The notes under the pieces: model-generated | Told to the model about the DNA's origin: nothing | Databases searched by the model: none | Seen by the model: only the letters and a program-made list of their open reading frames with translations | Position numbers and translations under genes: made by a program | Shown here: positions 53,485 to 62,177 of the stretch, in pieces | Numbering within the stretch: the first letter of the stretch is position 1 | Layout of the letters: the number at the start of each line of letters is the position of its first letter | NCBI GenBank assembly: GCA_017509485.1 | Contig: JAFWPP010000032.1 | Location: forward strand, 55,961 to 119,960 | DNA from: Oscillospiraceae bacterium | GTDB taxonomy: Bacteria > Bacillota > Clostridia > Oscillospirales > Oscillospiraceae | Direction: 5' to 3' | Length of the DNA stretch: 64,000 bases

Positions 53485-55014
53485 TCAGAACCAGTTTTTC
53501 AGAATACCCAGGATGCCTCTTGTGAAGCTTCTTCCGATCTCCCGGCCGACAGCGTTGAGGGCGGAGTTTTTGATTTTGGAGGAGGCGGAGCGGCGCTTTT
53601 TCGCTTCCTTTGCCCGCTCTTCCTTCTCCCTCTCCCGCTGGGCCTTTGCTTTTTCCTTTTCCTCCTGCTCCCTTTGCTTCCGGGCCAGCTTTTCGGCCTC
53701 AGCCTGTGCGGCGGCTTCGGCCTCCTTTTCCCGGTCCGCGTTGATGATCTCGTAGGCGGACTCGTTATCCACCGCTGTCTCGTACTTGCCGAAGAGCTCG
53801 TCGTAGCGGATCTCCGCCTGGCGGCGGCCCTCGTCGATGGGACCCATCAGGGACTGGGGCGGAAGAATCGTAGCCCGCTCCACCACAGAGGGACGGCCTT
53901 TCTCGTCCAGGAAGCTCACCAGCGCCTCGCCGGTACCCAGATCCAGGATGGCCTCCCGGGTGTCGAACTTGGGATTGGGCCGGAAGCCGTCCGCTGCGGC
54001 CCGGACCGCCTTCTGCTCGTTGGGTGTGTAGGCCCGCAGCGCGTGCTGGACCTTGTTGCCCAGCTGGGCCAGGACGGAATCCGGCACGTCGGAGGGCTGC
54101 TGGGTAATGAAGAAGACGCCCACGCCCTTGGAGCGGATCAGCTTGACCACCTGCTCCACCTTTTCCGTGAGGGCCTTCGGGGCTCCCTTGAAGAGCAGAT
54201 GCGCCTCGTCGAAGAAAAAGATCAGCTTGGGCTTTTCGGGGTCGCCAACCTCGGGCAGGCGCTCGAAGAGCTCCGCCAGGAGCCAGAGCATAAATGTGGA
54301 ATAGAGCAGCGGGGACTGATAGAGCTTTTCGCAGTGGAGAATGTTGATATAGCCCCTGCCCTTTTCGTCGCATTGGAACCAATCCATTGGATCGATGTCC
54401 GGCTCGCCGAAAAAGATGTCGCCGCCGGCATCCTCCAGCTGCAGCAGGGCCCGCTGGATGGCGCCAGCGGACTGCTTGGAGATATTGCCGTACTCGTTCA
54501 GCAGCTCTTTGGCGTGCTCGGTCACGTAGGCTACCATGGAGCGAAGGTCCTTGAGGTCCGTCAGCAGCCAGCCCTTGTCGTCCGCTACCCGGAAGACGAT
54601 GGCCAGAACGCCGGTCTGCACGTCGGTCAGGTCCAGCAGCCGAGCCAGCAGGGACGCGCCCATCTCGCTGACGGTGGTGCGGACCGGATGGCCCATCTTC
54701 CCGAAGACGTCCCAGAAGCGGACAGGGAAGGGACGAAAGGCAAAGGCCTCCGGCGCAAGGCCCAGCTTCATCAGCCGTTTGTCGATGGCCTCACTCCGTT
54801 CGCCGGTGCGGCAGCAGCCCGCCAGGTCGCCCTTGACGTCCGCCAGAAAGACCGGAACGCCCAGGTCGGAAAAGGACTCCGCCATCACCTTCAGGGTGAT
54901 GGTCTTGCCGGTGCCCGTGGCGCCGCAGATCAGGCCGTGGCGGTTGGCCATATTGGGCAGCAGATACGCGGGCGCCTCTCCTACGCCGATGAGCAGTTTC
55001 CCGTCTTGCAGCAT
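53485..55014 (-). CDS. DUF853/HerA-like P-loop ATPase (YjgR family)
   Basis: [41 protein letters not shown] Walker A region, [10 protein letters not shown] Walker B, and a basic K/E-rich tail. Confidence 0.88.
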   Translation of the reverse strand: MLQDGKLLIGVGEAPAYLLPNMANRHGLICGATGTGKTITLKVMAESFSDLGVPVFLADVKGDLAGCCRTGERSEAIDKRLMKLGLAPEAFAFRPFPVRFWDVFGKMGHPVRTTVSEMGASLLARLLDLTDVQTGVLAIVFRVADDKGWLLTDLKDLRSMVAYVTEHAKELLNEYGNISKQSAGAIQRALLQLEDAGGDIFFGEPDIDPMDWFQCDEKGRGYINILHCEKLYQSPLLYSTFMLWLLAELFERLPEVGDPEKPKLIFFFDEAHLLFKGAPKALTEKVEQVVKLIRSKGVGVFFITQQPSDVPDSVLAQLGNKVQHALRAYTPNEQKAVRAAADGFRPNPKFDTREAILDLGTGEALVSFLDEKGRPSVVERATILPPQSLMGPIDEGRRQAEIRYDELFGKYETAVDNESAYEIINADREKEAEAAAQAEAEKLARKQREQEEKEKAKAQREREKEERAKEAKKRRSASSKIKNSALNAVGREIGRSFTRGILGILKNWF

Positions 55015-55085
55015 AGCACGTTCCTCCGTGTTGCATTTTTGTTATTATATCAGATTTGCGCCTGTGCTTCAAGCGTTTTCTTCTG

Positions 55086-55203
55086 AAATACGGATTTGGC
55101 GATTTCATCCGTAGGGGCCGATGCCCACATCGGCCCTCTCTGTCGAGCGGGGCAAGGGCCGATGTGGGCATCGGCCCCTACGGCTCTACAAATCCCGATT
55201 TTA
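55086..55203. repeat. REP doublet (REPIN-like element), copy E
   Basis: Arms at 55111-55136 and 55156-55181, 19-nt spacer. Outer inverted repeat ATACGGATTTGGCG / CTACAAATCCCGAT. It lies between the metG stop and the next gene's start. Confidence 0.85.
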
Positions 55204-55250
55204 CGGCCCGCAAAAAAGAGGAGACCCCCGAAGGAGTCTCCTCAATACTC

Positions 55251-57284
55251 TCAGCAAAGTCTGCTGCCGGCGGGGATGGCATCGTCCAGGATCAGCAGAT
55301 GCAGCTTTTCGCCGCGCTCGGCGGAGAGCAGCATGCCGCAGCTGAGCTGCCCCATCATCTTCCGGGGGGCCAGGTTGGTGACGGCAACCAAGGTCTTGCC
55401 GATCAGCTCCTCAGGCTTGTAGAACTTGGCGATGCCCGAGAGGATCTGGCGGGGGGTGCCGGTGCCGTCGTCCAGCTGGAACTTCAGCAGCTTCTCGGAC
55501 TTCTTCAAGTTCTCGCAGGCCAGGACCTTGACGACGGTCATCTCGACCTTGGTGAAATCGTCAAACACGATCTCGGGAAGCGGCTCCGGCAGAGGGGCCT
55601 CCTCCACGGGGGCGGCAGGGCCGATGTGGGCATCGGCCCCTACGGCAGCGTCCTCCTGTGGCGCACACTGTGCGCCGCTACTGGCAGCGGCCTGGGCAGC
55701 CTGGAGCTTTTCCAGCTCCTCCAGTTCCTTGGCGGCGTCAATGCGGGGGAAGAGAGCAGGGCTGTTCTCCACCTTGGCGTCCCGGTAGAGAGTGCCGAAG
55801 AAGGCCAGGGAATCCCAGTCGTACTCCGTGGCTCCGATGCGCTTCATGATCTCTGCGGAGGTGGCGGGCATGAAGGGCTGCAGCAGGCCGCCGCAGATGC
55901 GGACGGTCTCCAGCAGATTGTAGAGCACCCGGGCCAGACGGGGCTTCTTGTCCTCGTCCTTGGCCAGCTTCCAGGGCTCGTTCTCGTCGATATATTTGTT
56001 GGCCCGGCCGATGACCTTAAAGATTTCGCCCAGAGCGTTCTGGAAAGCGTACTTCTCCATCTGCTCCTCGTAGACGTGGACCAGATCGCAGGCCATGGTA
56101 ATCAGCTCGTCGTCCTTGGCCTCATCCTCCTGCTGCTCCAGGGGCAGCTGGCCGCCGAAGTACTTGCCCGCCATAGCCACGGTGCGGCTGACCAGGTTGC
56201 CCAGATCGTTGGCCAGATCCACGTTGATGGTATTGATCAGCAGCTCGTTGGTAAAGTTGCCGTCGGAGCCGAAGGGGAAGGTCCGGAGCAGGAAGAAACG
56301 CAGAGCGTCCACGCCGTAGCGCTCGGACAGCAGATAAGGATCCACCACGTTGCCCTTGGACTTGGACATCTTGTCGTTGTTGAACAGCAGCCAGCCGTGG
56401 CCGTAGATCTTCCTGGGCAGAGGCAGGCCCATGCTCATCAGGAAGGCGGGCCAATAGATGGCGTGGAAGCGGACGATCTCCTTGCCGATGAAATGCACGT
56501 CGGCGGGCCAGAAGCGCTTCCAGTCCTCGCCGTTCTCGTTCAGATAGCCCAGGGGGGACAGGTAGCTGAACAGGGCGTCCAGCCAAACATAGACCACGTG
56601 TTTTTCGTCGAAATCCACGGGCACGCCCCAGGTAAAACTGGTACGCGAAACGCAGAGGTCCTGCAGCCCGCCCTCGCAGTCGATAAAGTTGTTGACCATC
56701 TCGTTGACCCGGCTTCTGGGCTCCAGAAAATCGGTTTCGGTCAGCAGCTTCCGCACCTGGTCGGCATACTTGCTGGCCCGGAAAAAGTAGGCCTCCTCCC
56801 GGGCAGGCTGAACCTCGCGGCCGCAGTCGGGGCATTTGCCGTCCTTCAGCTGGCTCTCGGTCCAGAAGGACTCACAGGGGGTGCAGTACAGGCCCTCGTA
56901 GCTGCCCTTGTAGATGTCGCCCTTCTCATACATGGTACGGAACACAGTCTGGACCGTTTTCAGATGGGACTCGTCGGTGGTGCGGACGAAGCGGTCATAG
57001 GAAATATTCATCAGCTTCCACAGGTCCTTGACGCCCTTGGGCGCCTCCACAATGCTGTCCACGAACTGCTTGGGAGTGACGCCGGCCTCTTTGGCCTTGT
57101 TCTCGATCTTCTGGCCGTGTTCGTCGGTACCGGTGAGGAAGATCACATCGGCGCCCCGCATTCGCTTGTACCGGGCCATGACGTCCGTGGCCACGGTGCA
57201 GTAGGCATGGCCGATGTGGAGCCGGCTGGACGGATAGTAGATGGGGGTGGTGATAAAGAATTTTTCTTTGCAGGTATCACACAT
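55251..57284 (-). CDS. metG: Methionine--tRNA ligase with a C-terminal tRNA-binding (EMAP/Trbp111-like) domain
   Basis: HIGH (RLHIGHAY) and KMSKS motifs, Zn knuckle CPDCG. Start at ATG 57284 after GGAGGA. Confidence 0.95.
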   Translation of the reverse strand: MCDTCKEKFFITTPIYYPSSRLHIGHAYCTVATDVMARYKRMRGADVIFLTGTDEHGQKIENKAKEAGVTPKQFVDSIVEAPKGVKDLWKLMNISYDRFVRTTDESHLKTVQTVFRTMYEKGDIYKGSYEGLYCTPCESFWTESQLKDGKCPDCGREVQPAREEAYFFRASKYADQVRKLLTETDFLEPRSRVNEMVNNFIDCEGGLQDLCVSRTSFTWGVPVDFDEKHVVYVWLDALFSYLSPLGYLNENGEDWKRFWPADVHFIGKEIVRFHAIYWPAFLMSMGLPLPRKIYGHGWLLFNNDKMSKSKGNVVDPYLLSERYGVDALRFFLLRTFPFGSDGNFTNELLINTINVDLANDLGNLVSRTVAMAGKYFGGQLPLEQQEDEAKDDELITMACDLVHVYEEQMEKYAFQNALGEIFKVIGRANKYIDENEPWKLAKDEDKKPRLARVLYNLLETVRICGGLLQPFMPATSAEIMKRIGATEYDWDSLAFFGTLYRDAKVENSPALFPRIDAAKELEELEKLQAAQAAASSGAQCAPQEDAAVGADAHIGPAAPVEEAPLPEPLPEIVFDDFTKVEMTVVKVLACENLKKSEKLLKFQLDDGTGTPRQILSGIAKFYKPEELIGKTLVAVTNLAPRKMMGQLSCGMLLSAERGEKLHLLILDDAIPAGSRLC
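55618..55643 (-). repeat. Single REP unit embedded in frame in metG
   Basis: Exact 26-mer GGGCCGATGTGGGCATCGGCCCCTAC on the plus strand. On the coding strand it reads A-V-G-A-D-A-H-I-G-P in the linker before the C-terminal domain. Confidence 0.9.
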
Positions 57285-57319
57285 GAGTGATTTCCTCCCT
57301 TGGTACAAGATTGGGCTAT

Positions 57320-57348
57320 ATTATAGCGCCTTTTCCCGAAAAGGGCAA
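57320..57348 (-). promoter_or_regulatory. Putative sigma-A promoter of metG
   Basis: Minus strand: TTGCCC, 17 nt, TATAAT, about 35 nt upstream of the start. Confidence 0.65.
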
Positions 57349-57360
57349 GCTTTATTTGCA

Positions 57361-57393
57361 GAAAAATGCGCAGCAGGGATCAGGCATCCCTGC
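57361..57393 (-). terminator. Candidate terminator of the small ORF
   Basis: Minus strand: GCAGGGAT-gcctg-ATCCCTGC, then tgcgca and TTTTTC. Confidence 0.45.
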
Positions 57394-57497
57394 CGTGCCG
57401 GCAGGCTGCCGGTCCATCTTCGCGCGGCAAGAGAATTCTGCGAAAGCGGGGCTTCCCTTCTCAGGAAGAAATATCAAGCAGAATGACGCAGGAAATA

Positions 57498-57725
57498 TCA
57501 GAACACATGGAAAAACAGGCAGCCGACCAGGGCCAGAATCCCGAGCACGACCACGGCTGGGAGAAAAATGGTGAGGAAGGAGGCCAGGAGCATGGCAAAG
57601 GCGTCGCCCTTTTCGAGCTCGATCCGCTCCTCCTTCTCCCGGACGTCGGCGCCTAAATCCTCATCCAGCCCGGCTTTGTAGCGCTGGGTCCTCCGGGCAC
57701 GATTCAATTTTTCTTGTAAGAGCAT
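57498..57725 (-). CDS. Small hypothetical membrane protein (75 aa)
   Basis: Strong AAGGAGGAGG upstream. It has a charged N-terminal half and one C-terminal TM helix. Confidence 0.55.
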   Translation of the reverse strand: MLLQEKLNRARRTQRYKAGLDEDLGADVREKEERIELEKGDAFAMLLASFLTIFLPAVVVLGILALVGCLFFHVF

Positions 57726-57807
57726 GGGCTTCCTCCTCCTTTGATCGAATGCAGTCCGGCGGCCGCCGAAGCGGCCGCCGGTGTTTTCGCCTGTGAGCGC
57801 GGTGGAA

Positions 57808-59340
57808 TCAGGTCTCGGGCTTTGCCTTGATATCGAGACCGTTCATCAGCTTATGGTGGCAAGCTACAAAGTGGTCGGGGCCAACCTCTTCCCAGTCGGG
57901 AACGACCTGCTCGCAGATCTCGGTGCAATACTTGCAGCGGGTGTGGAACTTGCAGCCCTTGGGCGGATTCACCGGGCTGGGAATATCGCCTTCGAGGATC
58001 TGAAGGTTCTTGTCGCAGTCGGGATCCGTGGTGGGGATGGCGGCAATCAGAGCCTGGGTGTAGGGGTGGACCGGGTTCTTGAAGATCTCAGCGGAATCCG
58101 CCAGCTCCACCATGTTGCCCAGGTACATGACGCCGATCCGGTCGGAGATGTACTTGACGACGGACAGGTCGTGGGTGATGAAGAGGTAGGTCAGGTCCTG
58201 CTTCTCCCGCAGATCCTGCAGGAGGTTGATGATCTGGGACTGAATGGACACGTCCAGAGCGGAAACCGCCTCGTCGCAGACCACGAACTTGGGCTCCACC
58301 GCCAGGGCACGAGCGATACTGATTCTCTGCCGCTGGCCGCCGGAGAACTGATGGGGGAAGCGATGCAGGAAATAGGGGGCCAGACCGCAATCGTCCATGA
58401 CCTTCAGAATGTAATCCTGCATTCTGGCGTTGTTCTTGCGGTAGATGCTGTGGGCCCGAAGACCCTCGCCGATGATCTGGCCGATGGTCATACGGGGGTT
58501 CAGCGAGGAGTAGGGATCCTGGAAGACAATCTGCAGATCCTGACGGAGCAGACGAATCTCGTTGTAGGTCAGGCGAGCCAGATCGATGCCGTCGTCCCGG
58601 AGCTCGTCGAACTTCTGGAAGTCCGGATCATTCGCGTGGGCCTGACGGAGCTCTTCGATCTGCTTTTCCGCCACGTCCAGCTCTTCGTCCAGCTTTTTCA
58701 GTTCTTCATCGATCTCGTTCAGCTTGCTGCGGAAACCGTCGGTGTTCTTCTTGGCGTATTCGGCGTCGTCGAAGCGAACCTGGATGTCCTTCCGCTTTTC
58801 GCGAAGCTTTCTGCGCTTCAGGGCGATCTGATACTTCTTTTCATAAGCCTGGGTAACGGGACCGTAGTCCTTGGCCACCATCAGGCCGCCGATGATGTTG
58901 CCCACATCCAGCAGCGCGTCGTTGGCGGCCTTCTCGGCGGCGACCATCTCCGCGTGCTTGGCGTACTGCTCCTTCTCGGACAGGGACTCATAATGGGCCT
59001 TGACCTCGTCGCGCTTCTTTTCCAGCGTCTTCAGCTGCTCGGTCTTCTTGTGCAGATTGCGGATGGTCTTCAGCATATAGTGAGGTGCCAGATCATCCAG
59101 AGTCTTGCCGTAATACATGGAGCGGCCGTCGGTCTGACGGTAGATCTGCAGCAGGGTACGGCCCAGGGTGGACTTGCCGCAGCCGGACTCGCCCACGAGA
59201 CCGAAGACCTCGCCCTCGTAGATGTTCAGGGTAATGCCATCGTTGGCCTTGACATAGAGGCCGCGCTTCTTCAGCGGGAAGTACTGCTTGAGGTTGGTGA
59301 TCCGAAGCAGAACTTTCTTTTCCTGTTTATCTTGTTGCAT
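57808..59340 (-). CDS. oppF: Oligopeptide/dipeptide ABC transporter ATP-binding protein (OppF-like) with a ~170-aa coiled-coil insertion
   Basis: Walker A GESGCGKST, FQDPYSSLNPR, signature FSGGQRQR, Walker B FVVCDEAVSALD and a C-terminal Opp-type Cys motif. Start at ATG 59340. It overlaps oppD by 14 nt. Confidence 0.9.
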   Translation of the reverse strand: MQQDKQEKKVLLRITNLKQYFPLKKRGLYVKANDGITLNIYEGEVFGLVGESGCGKSTLGRTLLQIYRQTDGRSMYYGKTLDDLAPHYMLKTIRNLHKKTEQLKTLEKKRDEVKAHYESLSEKEQYAKHAEMVAAEKAANDALLDVGNIIGGLMVAKDYGPVTQAYEKKYQIALKRRKLREKRKDIQVRFDDAEYAKKNTDGFRSKLNEIDEELKKLDEELDVAEKQIEELRQAHANDPDFQKFDELRDDGIDLARLTYNEIRLLRQDLQIVFQDPYSSLNPRMTIGQIIGEGLRAHSIYRKNNARMQDYILKVMDDCGLAPYFLHRFPHQFSGGQRQRISIARALAVEPKFVVCDEAVSALDVSIQSQIINLLQDLREKQDLTYLFITHDLSVVKYISDRIGVMYLGNMVELADSAEIFKNPVHPYTQALIAAIPTTDPDCDKNLQILEGDIPSPVNPPKGCKFHTRCKYCTEICEQVVPDWEEVGPDHFVACHHKLMNGLDIKAKPET

Positions 59341-60319
59341 GGCGTTCCCTCCTGTCAGGATAGAAGCATCTGATCTGCTGCTGATCGTTGACCTGCACAA
59401 GCTTGGGTTCCTCTTCGAGGCAGCGCTCTGTGCAGTACTTGCAGCGAGGTGCAAACTTGCAGCCCTTGGGCAGATTCAGAGGATGGGGGACTGCGCCGGG
59501 GATGGACTCCAGACGCTCGTTGGTGTCGGCATCCAGACGGGGAATGGACCGCAGCAGACCTTCCGTATAGGGGTGCATAAAGTCCGCGCCAGCGAAAATG
59601 TGGCGGACCGGAGACATTTCCACGATCTGGCCGCAGTACATGACGGCCACGTCGTCGGCCATCTGGTTGATAACGCCCAGGTCATGGGTGATGAACAGAA
59701 TGGAAGTGCCGTGCTCCTTCTTCAGATCATTCATCAGGTGCAGGATCTGCGCCTGAATGGTGACGTCCAGAGCCGTGGTGGGCTCGTCCGCGATCAACAG
59801 CTTGGGCTTGCAGGCCAGGGCCATGGCGATCATGACACGCTGGCGCATACCGCCGGAGAGCTGGTGAGGATACTGCTTGGCCACGACCTCGGGATTCGGG
59901 ATCTTGACGTCGGCCAGCATCTCCACGACCTTCTCGGCCGCTTCCTTTTTGGAAAGGCCCTGGTGGATGATGAAGGGCTCGGAGACCTGCTTTTCCACCG
60001 AGAAGACCGGGTTCAGAGAGGTCATGGGCTCCTGGAAAATGACGGAGATCGCGTTGCCGCGGATCTTGTACATCTCATGCAGAGGCAGATCCACAAGCTC
60101 TCTGCCGTCGAATATCACGGAGCCGCTTTCGATGTAGCCGTTGCCATCCAGCAGATGGAGGATGGACATGGCGGAAACGCTCTTGCCGGAGCCGGACTCG
60201 CCGACCAGGCCCAGCGTCTTGCCCGCTTCTACAGAATAGGAAACGTCATTGACCGCCTTCACGATACCGCGCTTGGTGGTAAAGTAGGTGTGTAGATTTT
60301 TGACTTCAAGAAGTGCCAT
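59327..60319 (-). CDS. oppD: Oligopeptide/dipeptide ABC transporter ATP-binding protein (OppD-like)
   Basis: Walker A GESGSGKS, signature LSGGMRQR, Walker [13 protein letters not shown] and a C-terminal Opp-type extension. Confidence 0.92.
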   Translation of the reverse strand: MALLEVKNLHTYFTTKRGIVKAVNDVSYSVEAGKTLGLVGESGSGKSVSAMSILHLLDGNGYIESGSVIFDGRELVDLPLHEMYKIRGNAISVIFQEPMTSLNPVFSVEKQVSEPFIIHQGLSKKEAAEKVVEMLADVKIPNPEVVAKQYPHQLSGGMRQRVMIAMALACKPKLLIADEPTTALDVTIQAQILHLMNDLKKEHGTSILFITHDLGVINQMADDVAVMYCGQIVEMSPVRHIFAGADFMHPYTEGLLRSIPRLDADTNERLESIPGAVPHPLNLPKGCKFAPRCKYCTERCLEEEPKLVQVNDQQQIRCFYPDRRERHATR

Positions 60320-60331
60320 CTTTTACCTCCT

Positions 60332-62161
60332 TTAGCGTCCAATGGATTTCGGATCGACGGCGTCACGAATGGCATCGCCAATCAGGTTGATGCAGATTGT
60401 GCAGATGCCGAAGATCGTAGCGGGGAAGACCCAACGCCACCAATACTGCTGAATGACGATCGAGTTGTTGGCGCCGGTGAGCATATTGCCCCAGGTCGGC
60501 GTCGGGGGAGAGATACCGAAGCCCAGGTAGGACAGAGAGGACTCGGTAAGCATGCAGGTCGCGAAGCTCAGGGTCGCCTCGACGAGCAGGATCGACAGCA
60601 CGTTGGGAAGGATGTGCCTGAAGATGATCGAGCCCTCGCGTACGCCCATGGCCTGGGCCGCAATGACAAACTCCTTCTCACGTTCGGCCAGGATCTGTGC
60701 ACGGACCAGGCGGCAAATGCCGGTCCAGCTCAAAACACCCAAGACGATCATGATCAGGTACATTCGCAGCTCCACGCTGATTCGTGTGCCGATGATGGCT
60801 GACAACAGTAAGGCGAAGGGCAGGAATGGCAAGCTGCCGATGACCTCGGAGATACGCATGACCACCATATCGACCTTGCCGCCAAAGTAGCCGGCCAGGC
60901 CGCCCATGATGACGCCGATGACCAGAGAGATCACGACTGCCACGGCGCCGACGGTCATGGTGACCTTACCGCCGTTGACAATACGGGTCAGGACGTCGCG
61001 GCCCTTGTCGTCGGTGCCCAGCAGGTGACCCTTCAGGCCCCAGGTGTGGACCTTGCCGCCCTTGTCCACGGCGTAGTTCTGATAGAAGCCCGCATAGACG
61101 GTTTCAATGTCCGCGTTATGCACATCGGAGGCAACGGAGGCCTGGCCGTGGCTGTCGTCGCCCCAGCTGAATACGTCGCCGTTCTCCATCAGCGCGGTGT
61201 AGTGGAAGCGGCCGCCGTAGAGCTCCACAGGCTTGCTCTCACTCTGGGGAACATCGGCTTCGCCGTGATAGGCGTTGCCCCAGACGATGATCTTGCCGTT
61301 GTGGTCGATGGCCGCCATGGTCTCGCCGCTGGCCGCGATATCAACGGTGTCGGCGGAGAGGGCCGCGGGAATCTTTGCAAAGGGGTTGTCCTTGCTCTTG
61401 CCGGCGTAGACGACGGAACCGTCGTCCATCAGCAGAACGTAGTTGTAGGTGGCGATGGCGATCTTCTTGATGTGACCCTGAAGCTCCTTGGACTTCATGA
61501 TCTTCAGATCCGCCATGTTGCCGTTGCCCCAGAAATATGCCTTGCCTTCATCGGTAACGACGCCGGAGAACTGGTTGCCGGCCTCGATCTGAATGATATG
61601 GGGCTTGTTTTTGCCCTTCAGCTCGGTCGGGATCCGGTCCTGGCCCAGACGGGTGTTGCCCCAGACGTAGATGTTGTTGTCCTCGTCCAGCGCGACGATG
61701 TGGTCATAGCCGGCAGCCAGGTCCACGATCTTGGCGTTCAGGACCTCCTCCGGGATATTGCGCAGGTCGATGGTGTCGGTGATCTTGGTGTAGCCCCACA
61801 TGTAGACCTTGCCGTTCTTGTCGCAACCGACGCCGAAGGTGGGGCCTGCGGCGATGGCCTGGATGTTGCCGTCCAGGGCGCTGGGAACTTTCAGCATGGA
61901 CTGGGAGGGAGGTACGTTCTGCTGGGTGCCGTCGGTATCGCCCAAATCAATGGGGAGGATCATGGGACCAACAACGACAAAGATCAGGATCAGCAGGAAG
62001 ATGATCAGACCGGTCATGCCGAGCTTGTTGTGAAGGAAGTTGTTGAGCATCATCTTGCCGGGGCTCTGGATCTGCTCTTCCTTCATCAGGTCCTCGACCG
62101 TCTTGTTGCGGTTGCCGAAGAGGCGACCGAAAAGGGAAGGTTTCTTTTGCTTCTTAGCCAT
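60332..62161 (-). CDS. OppC/DppC-type ABC permease with a seven-repeat RCC1-like domain in the first external loop
   Basis: TM1 GLIIFLLILIFVVVGPMILP, then seven blades ending KVYMWG, NIYVWG, KAYFWG, SVVYAG, KIIVWG, DVFSWG and KVHTWG. The canonical core follows from LGTDDKGRDVLTRIVNGGKVTMTVG to the C-terminus. Start at ATG 62161 after AGGAGGG. Confidence 0.9.
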   Translation of the reverse strand: MAKKQKKPSLFGRLFGNRNKTVEDLMKEEQIQSPGKMMLNNFLHNKLGMTGLIIFLLILIFVVVGPMILPIDLGDTDGTQQNVPPSQSMLKVPSALDGNIQAIAAGPTFGVGCDKNGKVYMWGYTKITDTIDLRNIPEEVLNAKIVDLAAGYDHIVALDEDNNIYVWGNTRLGQDRIPTELKGKNKPHIIQIEAGNQFSGVVTDEGKAYFWGNGNMADLKIMKSKELQGHIKKIAIATYNYVLLMDDGSVVYAGKSKDNPFAKIPAALSADTVDIAASGETMAAIDHNGKIIVWGNAYHGEADVPQSESKPVELYGGRFHYTALMENGDVFSWGDDSHGQASVASDVHNADIETVYAGFYQNYAVDKGGKVHTWGLKGHLLGTDDKGRDVLTRIVNGGKVTMTVGAVAVVISLVIGVIMGGLAGYFGGKVDMVVMRISEVIGSLPFLPFALLLSAIIGTRISVELRMYLIMIVLGVLSWTGICRLVRAQILAEREKEFVIAAQAMGVREGSIIFRHILPNVLSILLVEATLSFATCMLTESSLSYLGFGISPPTPTWGNMLTGANNSIVIQQYWWRWVFPATIFGICTICINLIGDAIRDAVDPKSIGR

Positions 62162-62177
62162 TTTCACTCGCCCTCCT

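Noticed and set aside
57285-57497. T-box leader upstream of metG.
   Set aside because: A good promoter lies only ~35 nt upstream of the start. There is no room for a T-box, and no specifier loop or T-box sequence was seen. The rest of the spacer is the 3' end of the upstream small gene.
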